This document shows, one piece after another, positions 1 through 8,735 of a DNA stretch of 64,000 bases. The notes beneath the pieces were generated by a model. The model made no database searches. It had not been told where the DNA came from and was given only the letters and a program-made list of their open reading frames with translations. The translations under genes were made by a program, and so were the position numbers. Numbering within the stretch: position 1 is the first letter of the stretch; every line of letters starts with the position of its first letter. The DNA lies in the IMG/VR virus record IMGVR_UViG_3300027804_003127; one strand, 5' to 3'. Source of the stretch: a virus.

Positions 1-2
1 GT

Positions 3-245
3 ACTGACACTGGGGATGATGAATGGTTGTCTATTGACCCCAAAGCTCCTCAATATATAGAGCAAATAAAAATAAAAAATATAGAGACATTTCTTAGAAA
101 ATATGTTGACTTACATTTGGTCGAATCTAATCAAAATCAATTACAAAATATTGTAAGAAGTATAGAAAATATTAATTCTAAATATCATGTTTACTCTATG
201 ATAGTCACAGATGGTAGAGGAAGTACTGAAATAATTAATCCATAA
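3..245 (+). CDS. Hypothetical protein, 5'-truncated by the window edge
   Basis: The frame of ORF 27..245 stays open back to position 3 (TDTGDDEWLSIDPK...). Confidence 0.55.
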   Translation, partial: TDTGDDEWLSIDPKAPQYIEQIKIKNIETFLRKYVDLHLVESNQNQLQNIVRSIENINSKYHVYSMIVTDGRGSTEIINP

Positions 246-296
246 AATGAAATATAAGTTTTTACGATAACCATATATAATCCATAAGGAGGACAT

Positions 297-440
297 ATGG
301 CTAAAAATAACGGAAGTGGCAAGGGACGTGGAGGGCTTGGAAGACCTAGTATGAGACATAAAAAGCATGCTATTATGATAAAGACTGCTCACAGAAAAGA
401 AGACATTGCGCGTAATGCCAATAAGAATAAGTGCGAATAA
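297..440 (+). CDS. Small basic protein, 47 aa (MAKNNGSGKGRGGLGRPSMRHKKHAIMIKTAHRK...), not in the ORF track
   Basis: Strong RBS TAAGGAGG just before ATG 297; TAA at 438-440; followed by a terminator. Confidence 0.7.
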   Translation: MAKNNGSGKGRGGLGRPSMRHKKHAIMIKTAHRKEDIARNANKNKCE

Positions 441-472
441 AAGGCAGTAGTGACCGACTAATATGTGTAGAC

Positions 473-513
473 AAAATAATAAAGACAGGCAAATTGCCTG
501 TCTTTATTATTTT
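473..513. terminator. Bidirectional intrinsic terminator
   Basis: Perfect 19-bp inverted repeat AAAATAATAAAGACAGGCA-aat-TGCCTGTCTTTATTATTTT between convergent genes. Confidence 0.85.
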
Positions 514-527
514 TATTTTGCACTATA

Positions 528-1307
528 TTAGAACTTCAGGGAAGCGCCTACAGTGAAGACATCATCCACTTGAGATCCATCGAACTCAGAGAACGGGATA
601 TCCCAGCCAAACTCCATATCAAAATTAGAGCTAAAATGAACTACGAAAGATGGACCAATCGTATGAATTTCACCAGTTCCATCAAGATTCCAATAGTTGT
701 AGTTAGCTCCAACGCAGAACTTGCCGTCTGCAAAAGAATGCCCGAGCATTGCATTGGCATTGAAGATGTCTCCTTCCACTAATCCACCAAATAATGGAGC
801 GTAAGTAGCATCAGTGGTCCACTGATTGCTAACTCCAGCGCCCCACTTTAGATCTGCAATTCCAACCTTGCCGTCTAAATCTGCACTAACAATCGTGTTA
901 ACGCTATTTCCTCCAAAATCTGCATTAGCAGTTGGAAGCTCAAGATCTAAGCCGATTGAGAAAGAGTCAACAAACTTGCATAGATTGCTGGCAACCAAAA
1001 AGTCTGCGCCAACCTCAAGCATGCCTGTGCTAACGCTATCCTGATTTATAACTGGAAGAGAAACATGGGCGTTCCACTCTTTTGAAGGCGTGAATGTCAA
1101 GGTGGAATTAAACTCTGTAATAGAGTTATCTCCATCAAAATTGTATGCCTTTATTGTCTCTGAAAACCCAAAATTCTCCAACTTAAAAAGGCAAGAATTG
1201 CCGCAATCATTGTTGGCTGGAGCAGGGGTATCATCTGCATATGCAGCAAACGACACTACTGAAGCAGCCAAACATCCACAAATAAACATACGATCACTAT
1301 TCATCAT
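528..1307 (-). CDS. Outer-membrane beta-barrel protein with Sec signal peptide
   Basis: Hydrophobic signal ending AAYA|DD; alternating amphipathic strands; C-terminal VGASLKF beta-signal with terminal Phe; AGGAG RBS. Confidence 0.7.
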   Translation of the reverse strand: MMNSDRMFICGCLAASVVSFAAYADDTPAPANNDCGNSCLFKLENFGFSETIKAYNFDGDNSITEFNSTLTFTPSKEWNAHVSLPVINQDSVSTGMLEVGADFLVASNLCKFVDSFSIGLDLELPTANADFGGNSVNTIVSADLDGKVGIADLKWGAGVSNQWTTDATYAPLFGGLVEGDIFNANAMLGHSFADGKFCVGANYNYWNLDGTGEIHTIGPSFVVHFSSNFDMEFGWDIPFSEFDGSQVDDVFTVGASLKF

Positions 1308-1437
1308 AAAATCTCCTTGTTAAGGGGTTGAAGCTTTCTTTTCGTCAAAACGGACTCAAAATCCTTCTGTTGAAGCAATCTATATCCACGTATGAGACTG
1401 ATAGGGAAGCTTTATGTTATCAATTTTTAAAGACTAT

Positions 1438-1466
1438 AAAGGTGTGTATGTGTATATTAAAGTATT
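1438..1466 (+). promoter_or_regulatory. Putative phage promoter AAAGG-N18-AGTATT
   Basis: Matches the recurrent intergenic motif; lies upstream of the 1488 ORF. Confidence 0.5.
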
Positions 1467-1487
1467 TATTATTAAACTGGAGGAAAT

Positions 1488-2123
1488 GTGAATAGCTCGA
1501 AAACACTTTATGTGATGAGAGGACTGCCTGGTAGCGGAAAAAGCGCTGTAGCAGAACAATTAGCTGATGGAAATGTTTACGCTGCAGACGATTACCCTGG
1601 CTTGTATGGAGAAGACATGAGCTTCAACCCATCTCTTCTTGGTAAAGCTCATGAATCAACCAAAAACAAAATTATAGAGGCAATGAAGCGGGGAGAAAAC
1701 AAAATTGCATTAGCAAATACCAATACTCAGCACTGGGAGATGTCTCCTTATGTAAAAGCAGCTCAAGAACATGGATATTACGTGACATTTGTGCATGTAG
1801 AGGGCACCATTGGACCATCTGGAGAGATGACAAAGAATATACATAGAGTCCCTGATGAAGCCTTGGGTAGAATGAAAAGCAGATTTGAGCCGTTCGACCC
1901 TTCTAGAAAATTTGAAGAAAGAAAACCTTTGAGTCCATTGCCTAAAAGCGAAGAAAAGAAAGAAAGCAATGTTAACATGAACTGGTATAAAAGTGCTAAA
2001 AAGGAAAAAGAATGGGACCCTAATCCTTGGGCTGTGTGCACAGAATCTGTAGGTAGAGAAGATAAGAAAAAATACGAAAGATGCGTTATGAAAGTTAAGA
2101 AAAAGCAAGGTGGTAAAAAATGA
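1488..2123 (+). CDS. P-loop kinase (AAA_33/N4BP2-like) fused to a C-terminal MNWYKSA-tagged small module
   Basis: MRGLPGSGKS Walker A, AADDY, NTN..WEM.PY, NIHRVP motifs; GGAGG RBS before GTG. Confidence 0.8.
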   Translation: MNSSKTLYVMRGLPGSGKSAVAEQLADGNVYAADDYPGLYGEDMSFNPSLLGKAHESTKNKIIEAMKRGENKIALANTNTQHWEMSPYVKAAQEHGYYVTFVHVEGTIGPSGEMTKNIHRVPDEALGRMKSRFEPFDPSRKFEERKPLSPLPKSEEKKESNVNMNWYKSAKKEKEWDPNPWAVCTESVGREDKKKYERCVMKVKKKQGGKK

Positions 2124-2329
2124 CACAAAAAAATATATTCAAACTTTCTTCTGAAAACGCTAATGGAATGGCGAAGGAAAAGATCAGACAGATATTGCTT
2201 ATGGCACATATCTTAAATAAGCATTTAGATTCAGTTGAAGTTGAGGCATGGATGTTTGAACATATAACAACAGCTCATGACGATCTTCATGAAGTCGCGA
2301 GCTATATCGGTCAACAAACTTCTAAATAA
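2120..2329 (+). CDS. Hypothetical phage protein
   Basis: ATGA overlap with the upstream gene; helical VEAWM.EHI..A.D.L..V..Y pattern. Confidence 0.65.
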   Translation: MTQKNIFKLSSENANGMAKEKIRQILLMAHILNKHLDSVEVEAWMFEHITTAHDDLHEVASYIGQQTSK

Positions 2330-2412
2330 AAAACCCGCACTCCAGGGGAAGAGGCGGGCGCTCTGGCAACTTGCGCTCAACCTATTGGGAGCGCGCAAGT
2401 ATTTCATTTGCT
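2328..2412 (-). ncRNA. Candidate small RNA with two GC-rich hairpins and a U-tract
   Basis: Stem ACTTGCGC/GCGCAAGT (2369-2400) and terminator stem CCCGC/GCGGG (2334-2358) plus T6 on the minus strand; promoter GTAGG-N17-AGTATC at 2447-2420. Ends are approximate. Confidence 0.5.
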
Positions 2413-2450
2413 ATATATAGATACTACTATTTTTTATTTTTACCTACGTC

Positions 2451-2478
2451 AAAGGCTTTATAATTTAAATTTAGTAAT
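2451..2478 (+). promoter_or_regulatory. Putative phage promoter AAAGG-N17-AGTAAT
   Basis: Recurrent motif upstream of the 2501 ORF. Confidence 0.55.
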
Positions 2479-2500
2479 TAAATAAAATAGGAGATAACTT

Positions 2501-3517
2501 ATGTCAAAAAATATACCCTCTTTAATTAATTGGTCAAATCTTAAGAATATAGTTAACCGAAATGGTTTGATAAAAGTAGCCGCCAAAGAAGATTTAGTAA
2601 TGGATGAATCTGGTAATATGAAGCAAGTTACAGACCGTGAGGGCAAAGAGTTTAATCCAAGAAAAGGCCTAGAAGGTCCATACCTAAATAAAGACAGGAA
2701 AGCTTATTATTATGACAACAAAGAAGGCAAGTATTATTGCCCCTATATGGACATGCATCTAGATGCGCCTCCTGAAAGAGAAAAAGCTGCTAGTGTAAAA
2801 GATCTTAACGCATTTAAATTTGCTTGTAAAATAAATGGCCACTCTTTTGATGGAATAATTCTAGAAAAAACAGCCAAACAAGCTATATCAGAATTTTCCA
2901 AAATGATTAAAAATGCTGGAATAGACTATAGTGCGATGGAGTATGATGTCAAACCTTTTAAATTGAATATTTTAGAAGTTTTAAAGACAGCATACAGGGC
3001 AGATATGCCAAAGATGAGCTTACAGGATGTAGCTGACAGATTGATAGAGGCAACTATGACTGGAAAAATGGAAACGATGCCAGTTGATGAATCTAATAAG
3101 ATTTCTCAGTTAATATCTCAATTGAATATTTTAGTAGACACCATGTCTAAGGTGGTTGGAGAGCCCCTGGATGAAGAAGAGGTAATAGAGGCGCTGAACA
3201 ATGCAGCTAAAAACAGAGGAGCTGAAGTTGAAATAGGTTCTTTAGGTTCTGGGCCAGAAGAGGCTTATTTAAACTTTGATAAGTCTAAATTGATAGATAA
3301 TCCAAAAAAAGCACAATCAGATGATATAACAAAAGAGGCAAAGAAGAAAAGTAAAAATCAAGCTCTGGAAGAAAACCCGACTAAGCCAAGTCTTTGGTCT
3401 AGGGCAAAATCAATGGCCAAGAAAAAGTTTGACGTGTATCCATCAGCATACGCAAATTTGTGGGCTAGCAAATGGTATAAGCAACATGGGGGCGGCTGGA
3501 GAAAATCTAGTAAATAA
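2501..3517 (+). CDS. Multi-module phage protein (putative internal head protein)
   Basis: Small modules GLEGPY..YYYDNKEGKYY and KFDVYPSAYAN..WYK..GGGW separated by several K-x-A sites; AGGAG RBS. Confidence 0.7.
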   Translation: MSKNIPSLINWSNLKNIVNRNGLIKVAAKEDLVMDESGNMKQVTDREGKEFNPRKGLEGPYLNKDRKAYYYDNKEGKYYCPYMDMHLDAPPEREKAASVKDLNAFKFACKINGHSFDGIILEKTAKQAISEFSKMIKNAGIDYSAMEYDVKPFKLNILEVLKTAYRADMPKMSLQDVADRLIEATMTGKMETMPVDESNKISQLISQLNILVDTMSKVVGEPLDEEEVIEALNNAAKNRGAEVEIGSLGSGPEEAYLNFDKSKLIDNPKKAQSDDITKEAKKKSKNQALEENPTKPSLWSRAKSMAKKKFDVYPSAYANLWASKWYKQHGGGWRKSSK

Positions 3518-3523
3518 AATACT

Positions 3524-4306
3524 ATGAATAATATTTTCTGCATTGAAGACATATTAAAATATGCACAATCAAGTGATTTTGTTAGCAATTTTAATAACAC
3601 ACTAGATTATCTCAATGCTAAAAATAGAGCAGTATTTGTGACCACCTCTAATCGGTTTCAAATAAAAGGCAAGCAAGAAGATATTCCAAAGTCTACTCAA
3701 ATAGCTCACGCTCTTTCTAAAAGAATGAAAGCAGAGCCAGTTATTATACATGCAGACTCTCTAAACATTGCCATGTGTGAAGGAAATATATCTCGAATGG
3801 ATGGAAATAGCTGTGGAGTAAAAGATAGTTTATTAAAAGATAAAGAAAAGAATCCAAGCGGCAATCATAGATGTTGGGCATCTATAAACGTAAAGGATGA
3901 TGAGCTATGGAAGATAACAAAACCACTCTTTGATAGTGATTGTATATTGTTTTTTGGCTCTATCAGATGGGGTCAGGCAAATGGTTTGTATCAAAAAATT
4001 ATTGAAAGACTCAGCTGGATAGAAAATATAAATGTAACATTAAAAGAGAAAAATATAGTAAAAGGCATAGATGCTGGATTTATATGCACTGGACACAACT
4101 GGAGAGGCTCTGATGTTGTAAAGATACAGAAAGAGGTTTTATCATATTTTGGATTCAATACGCCTGAGAGTTTATTTTGGAATTGGCAATGGACAAAAAA
4201 TTCTGAAGACGAAGACCTACAGGGCTACAAAAAAGATGCCGCAGATTTTAAAAAATTAATTAAATTAACAGTCAAAGGAAAAAACATAGATGAAAGGCAA
4301 GAGTAA
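3524..4306 (+). CDS. Flavodoxin-like / NAD(P)H-dependent FMN reductase-like protein
   Basis: VTTSNR..PKST..A, Cys motifs (CEGN, CG, RCW), DDEL..I...L..SDCILF.GSIRWG; N-terminal KYAQ. Confidence 0.7.
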   Translation: MNNIFCIEDILKYAQSSDFVSNFNNTLDYLNAKNRAVFVTTSNRFQIKGKQEDIPKSTQIAHALSKRMKAEPVIIHADSLNIAMCEGNISRMDGNSCGVKDSLLKDKEKNPSGNHRCWASINVKDDELWKITKPLFDSDCILFFGSIRWGQANGLYQKIIERLSWIENINVTLKEKNIVKGIDAGFICTGHNWRGSDVVKIQKEVLSYFGFNTPESLFWNWQWTKNSEDEDLQGYKKDAADFKKLIKLTVKGKNIDERQE

Positions 4307-4532
4307 TAAAAATAGACGTGGAAGGCAGGCTGAAAAATATATCTATATAGCAGCTTTAGACGAAAATGGTATTGTTAATAAATTGTTGTTAACAGAGAGA
4401 GAATTTGATTCAGCTAAGAAAAGAGCAAAGAATAACCCAGAAGACACATTTGGGGACGTTATTGCCTTTCAAGTGATTAATGATATAGTAAAAGAAAAGA
4501 TATGTGAAATTAAGCCATCTAATCTTGATTAG
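4290..4532 (+). CDS. Hypothetical protein
   Basis: Overlaps the upstream stop; AAGGA RBS. Confidence 0.6.
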   Translation: MKGKSNKNRRGRQAEKYIYIAALDENGIVNKLLLTEREFDSAKKRAKNNPEDTFGDVIAFQVINDIVKEKICEIKPSNLD

Positions 4533-4743
4533 AGCAAGTATTGGTGTAATTATCAGGATCTGGAGGATTGCCTATTGATCCGTAATTTAAAAGACCATTT
4601 GCTGCTCTAAATTGTCTTAACATTTTTATTGAATTATATCCTTTTCTGGCATTATTGAAATCTTCCCAGCAATTTGCATTACTAGGAAGAGTGTTCATTT
4701 TTGTATTTAAGCAGTATGCTTTGAAGGATTCAGTCCAATTCAA
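4519..4743 (-). CDS. Hypothetical protein
   Basis: TTG start overlaps the helicase TGA (TTGA); GGGAG RBS. Confidence 0.5.
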   Translation of the reverse strand: MNWTESFKAYCLNTKMNTLPSNANCWEDFNNARKGYNSIKMLRQFRAANGLLNYGSIGNPPDPDNYTNTCSNQD

Positions 4744-7700
4744 CTTGATCTCCCTAAATTATATAGGAATAATGATTGGGCTAGCTTGTACCAGCCTATA
4801 TCTGAATTGGCCTTTTTTCTTCTACTTTTGCTTGGTTTTTTCCCAGAAGGAGTATTTTCAGGAACTGCGTTATTAACAACTTCCATTTTGATTCTTTCAA
4901 ACTCTGCTTCTTTTTCTTTCATCTTCTTATGTTCTTCTACGATTTTTTGTAACAACTTTCTTCTTTCATCAGAGTTTGCATATAGCCCCATAGCAATATA
5001 TTCCCTGTCTTGCTCTTCAAGATTTGCAATCTCTCTCGCTATTTGCTTTTTCGCCTGTAAATTATCATAAAACTTTTCATCAGAACTTATTTGTGGAGCT
5101 ACCACATATACGGCTTGAACATCGCTTTCTGTGTTAATTCTGAAGAAACGACCGAGTGCCTGATCGTCTTCTGAAACTGAAATTGGCAAATCATTGAATA
5201 CAGAGAAATTAGCCGTGTTCTCTAGGCTTATTCCTGTTCCTCCAGCTTTTATGTTAATTACGGCTGCTCCAAAACTACTATCCTTAATTGATTTTTTAAA
5301 CTCATTAACATCTGCAAATCTGTCCTCTAAATTTTGACCTCCAACTATTTTTAAAACTGATTTACCAGAAAGCGGAGAGCTGTCTAGCATTTCCTGTATG
5401 CCTTTGACAAGCATCTCTACGGCCTCTGAGGACGCCGTAAATACTCCAACTCTTTCTCCCCTATCTATGTATGGCTTTATTAGAGCAAGAGTGTTAGGAA
5501 CCTTTACTTCTGCTGCAGCAAATCTATAGTGAGTAAAAGCAGCTAATCTTAGGTTTGGACCAATCACTCCTTTACTCATTGTAATTTCCATTCTTTCTCT
5601 AAACCTCTTGTCAAAGTCTTCTTTAACAGAGCTTTCAATAGCGACTTCATCTTTGGCATCTACTACGCTTACTTTTTGTTCTACATTATCAGGATTGAGG
5701 CTTATTAAACTTTTAATAACACTATCGTTAATATTTTTACCTAACAAACTCTTAATGTTTTCTTTTAAAAGAGAAGCATCTAATTTATTGGTTGATTTCA
5801 TTTGTCTTAAAAGATCAAGTATGCTCTTTGCTTGAGAGTCTTTTATACTTACTCCTGAAGTATTCTTTACTATTAGTTTAATTTCATCTGATTTTTTCTT
5901 ATCCCATATCTGATTTTTGGTTCGCTGTAGATAAACGCCTTGCTGGACTAAGGCATCTCTGATCGCTCTTCCTGTGCCTGCAGCTCCACTCATACCTGGT
6001 ATGCCAGAAGAAACACTGCCTATAAAGCTATCATATCCTAAATCGCCAAGTGGATTGTTGACTGCTTGCAGCTGATTAAATAAGTCTATAGGTTTATTAG
6101 CCACTACTGTTGCAGAAGCTCCCCATACATTTGAAACATTATTGGTCACTTCTTGTATATTGAAAGTAGTGTAATTTTCTTCGTGCTCAAGATCTCCAGA
6201 GATGTCTTGTTTGTCGGGATCGCCATTTTTTACAGTATGAATTTCATCCAGGGCGGTTAATGTAAGATATCCGCTTTTCGCCATATGTTCAAGATATTTT
6301 GTAAGTATAGCTCTTTTGCCTCCATCTAAATATCTATATCTCATTTCTTCAAGTACGTCCCATTCTTCTCTTGCTGCTTCTATCTCTTCTGTTGAAGAGT
6401 TGGGATTATTTATTATTTGCATTTTTTCCGCTTGTTTCACTGGAACTTCTTGACGTGAAACTATTCTTGCAATTGCATTATTAGTCTTTTTGTCTTCGTT
6501 TGCGAATAAGGTGTTTTGATAAACTTCTAGTTCTTTTAGGATTCTTAAAAACTTACTTGCATTTACCTTGATATAATCTCCGTCTTTTTCTTTTATTGAT
6601 TTCATTTTTTCTGCAGCTATAGATTCAGCCTGAGATCTGGGCATTTTTTGCACACTAGTGCGACTTTTGTCAAACATCAAATCATACATAATTCTAGACT
6701 TAATGTCTTCAAAATTTACTTTAAAAAACACGTCTACAAGGCTTAGTGCTACTGATTTTATATCTGGGTGAATGCCTGGAGTATTCTTAATCCCTTCTAT
6801 CAGTAATGATGCAGGCTTGTCTTCTCCTGAACCATAAATCTTTTGCATGAAATCTGAAAGTAAATTGCGAGCGTTTAAATGATTGGACTTAAATGCATTT
6901 CTTTTTGCTTCTAAATTAGCTTTTTTACGCTCTGGATCTGCGGGTGGGATAGAGAATTTCTCATAGTTTATTACACACCACCTCCATGGAGGAGGAACGG
7001 GAGCGCTAGCTGCTCTTTCTTTTTCATCTAAACGATTCCTTTTTATATAATCAAATAGCATGTCTCCATCCCACACTTGGTTTGCATTAAAGCCAACCAC
7101 AGAGCCTATGTCAGCAAGTCCATTTATCATCTCTTGTACAACAGCATTTTTGGTTAGAATCAGACCTCCCTTACCTACGCCTGTCTTGTCTTTTGCCTGT
7201 TCTCTTAGAATTCTCATCTGAGCTGCAGTTAGTAATTGGACTGTTTTTCCGTATCCTGTTTCGTCACCTAAGATAGCGTTCGTCTTTGAGTATAAAAATT
7301 TTATACCATCTATTTGAGCATCATATAGACCAAGCTTGGAAAACTCGTCTGGATGACTTTCTGCTGTTTTGCCTTTTCTACGCAATGCTCCTTGTAGCTG
7401 TACTTTAGCTATTTTCTGAGCAGCATCTATAAAGTCATCTTCATTACTATAGCCATCAAGATCTCCCTCAAATCGCAATTCATCTGGACTTATATAAGAG
7501 TTTTTACGACCATCAAAAAACTTACCAGCCAGTCCGTATTCGTGAATTGCTCTATTGAATTTTTCTAGAGATTTTGGTTCGAAAGCTTTTCTGGTTTTTG
7601 ATAAATTAATAAATCTGGCAAAATCAGAAGGGGTTCCTCTTACATATATGCCGCTTTTTAATACTACTGCATCTGCAACAACGGCAACAGGACATCTTCT

Positions 7701-8657
7701 ATATTGGTATCCTCTCGTTAATTCATTGTTTTCTGGATTAACATGTTCTCCTCTACCAAGATTTTTGTTAGTAGTCTCTCCAACAAAACATACGGACACA
7801 ATCTCATTTACGTGTTTCATTTTATCAATATCTAATGTATCAATATCTGGAGCTTTTATTAGAAAATCAAAAGAATTGTTTGTTTCATCTAAAGCTATCT
7901 TGAACTCTAGTCTTGTTTCCGCATAATTCTTCTTATTAGAAAGTGATTCTTTGGAAGGAAGCTGGTCTCCTAATTCTTTAAGACCTTCTGTATCCCAGCC
8001 AGCGCTCTTAAGATCTTCAATTAAAGCATTATATGAATCTTGATTTAATTTAGATACTGTAAATATATTGCCTATAGCAAATGTTATATTTTTTGAATGT
8101 TTCTTTATTATTTCTTTTACTTTATCAGAAACATTTTTACTCAAGGAAGGCTGAATTGTCAGCTCTCCTTTTTCTACCTTAAACATTAGGAATTTTTTGT
8201 CTGCAGTTGATACGGGAGTGGTAACAGAAGTGCTTGGTTTTGTGTCAACTATGGTAGGCTTTGACTCTTCTGTGACTGGCTGAGATGTAGGTGTCTTTTC
8301 AGGCGCGGGAACGTCTATTGTCATTTTTTCTTTTACGCCAATAGCATCTGTACCTTTTTCTAAGACAGACTGACTACCTTTAGATATAAAATTAATCCCT
8401 TCGTCTATCAGTTTTTGAAAATTAGCAGTTTTGTTTTTAATATCATCTGAAAGACTTGACTGCAACCATTTAAAATCTTCTAAAGTCATATTCCTCATGG
8501 TTTTGCCAATTATGGAAACTATTCTACTTCTTTGATTTGGAGTTGGTCCAAAAATGCCTTTTGGATCATTGTTTAACGTCAACATCCTTTTTAAGAAAAA
8601 TATTATATTTTTGTCTTCTTGTATATTTAGATCTGCTAGTTTAAATAAATTAATCAT
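4740..8657 (-). CDS. SNF2-like superfamily-2 helicase/ATPase with large insertions
   Basis: LYDAQIDG (Q motif), GDETGYGKT, LDEIH, SAT..ANKPIDLFNQL, AGGTGISL, QALGRFFR. Confidence 0.85.
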   Translation of the reverse strand: MINLFKLADLNIQEDKNIIFFLKRMLTLNNDPKGIFGPTPNQRSRIVSIIGKTMRNMTLEDFKWLQSSLSDDIKNKTANFQKLIDEGINFISKGSQSVLEKGTDAIGVKEKMTIDVPAPEKTPTSQPVTEESKPTIVDTKPSTSVTTPVSTADKKFLMFKVEKGELTIQPSLSKNVSDKVKEIIKKHSKNITFAIGNIFTVSKLNQDSYNALIEDLKSAGWDTEGLKELGDQLPSKESLSNKKNYAETRLEFKIALDETNNSFDFLIKAPDIDTLDIDKMKHVNEIVSVCFVGETTNKNLGRGEHVNPENNELTRGYQYRRCPVAVVADAVVLKSGIYVRGTPSDFARFINLSKTRKAFEPKSLEKFNRAIHEYGLAGKFFDGRKNSYISPDELRFEGDLDGYSNEDDFIDAAQKIAKVQLQGALRRKGKTAESHPDEFSKLGLYDAQIDGIKFLYSKTNAILGDETGYGKTVQLLTAAQMRILREQAKDKTGVGKGGLILTKNAVVQEMINGLADIGSVVGFNANQVWDGDMLFDYIKRNRLDEKERAASAPVPPPWRWCVINYEKFSIPPADPERKKANLEAKRNAFKSNHLNARNLLSDFMQKIYGSGEDKPASLLIEGIKNTPGIHPDIKSVALSLVDVFFKVNFEDIKSRIMYDLMFDKSRTSVQKMPRSQAESIAAEKMKSIKEKDGDYIKVNASKFLRILKELEVYQNTLFANEDKKTNNAIARIVSRQEVPVKQAEKMQIINNPNSSTEEIEAAREEWDVLEEMRYRYLDGGKRAILTKYLEHMAKSGYLTLTALDEIHTVKNGDPDKQDISGDLEHEENYTTFNIQEVTNNVSNVWGASATVVANKPIDLFNQLQAVNNPLGDLGYDSFIGSVSSGIPGMSGAAGTGRAIRDALVQQGVYLQRTKNQIWDKKKSDEIKLIVKNTSGVSIKDSQAKSILDLLRQMKSTNKLDASLLKENIKSLLGKNINDSVIKSLISLNPDNVEQKVSVVDAKDEVAIESSVKEDFDKRFRERMEITMSKGVIGPNLRLAAFTHYRFAAAEVKVPNTLALIKPYIDRGERVGVFTASSEAVEMLVKGIQEMLDSSPLSGKSVLKIVGGQNLEDRFADVNEFKKSIKDSSFGAAVINIKAGGTGISLENTANFSVFNDLPISVSEDDQALGRFFRINTESDVQAVYVVAPQISSDEKFYDNLQAKKQIAREIANLEEQDREYIAMGLYANSDERRKLLQKIVEEHKKMKEKEAEFERIKMEVVNNAVPENTPSGKKPSKSRRKKANSDIGWYKLAQSLFLYNLGRSS

Positions 8658-8660
8658 TCG

Positions 8661-8688
8661 AAAGGTTTCTCCTGTGCTTTGACGTATT
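8661..8688 (+). promoter_or_regulatory. Putative phage promoter AAAGG-N17-CGTATT
   Basis: Recurrent motif in a divergent intergenic region. Confidence 0.55.
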
Positions 8689-8735
8689 ATATTTTATCTA
8701 TTTTTAATTTAAATCCTTTTGACAACGGAGAGGCT

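Noticed and set aside
3470-3490. SKWYKQHG as another WYK tag
   Set aside because: It lies within the conserved YPSAYAN..GGGW module and lacks the A/S after K-x.
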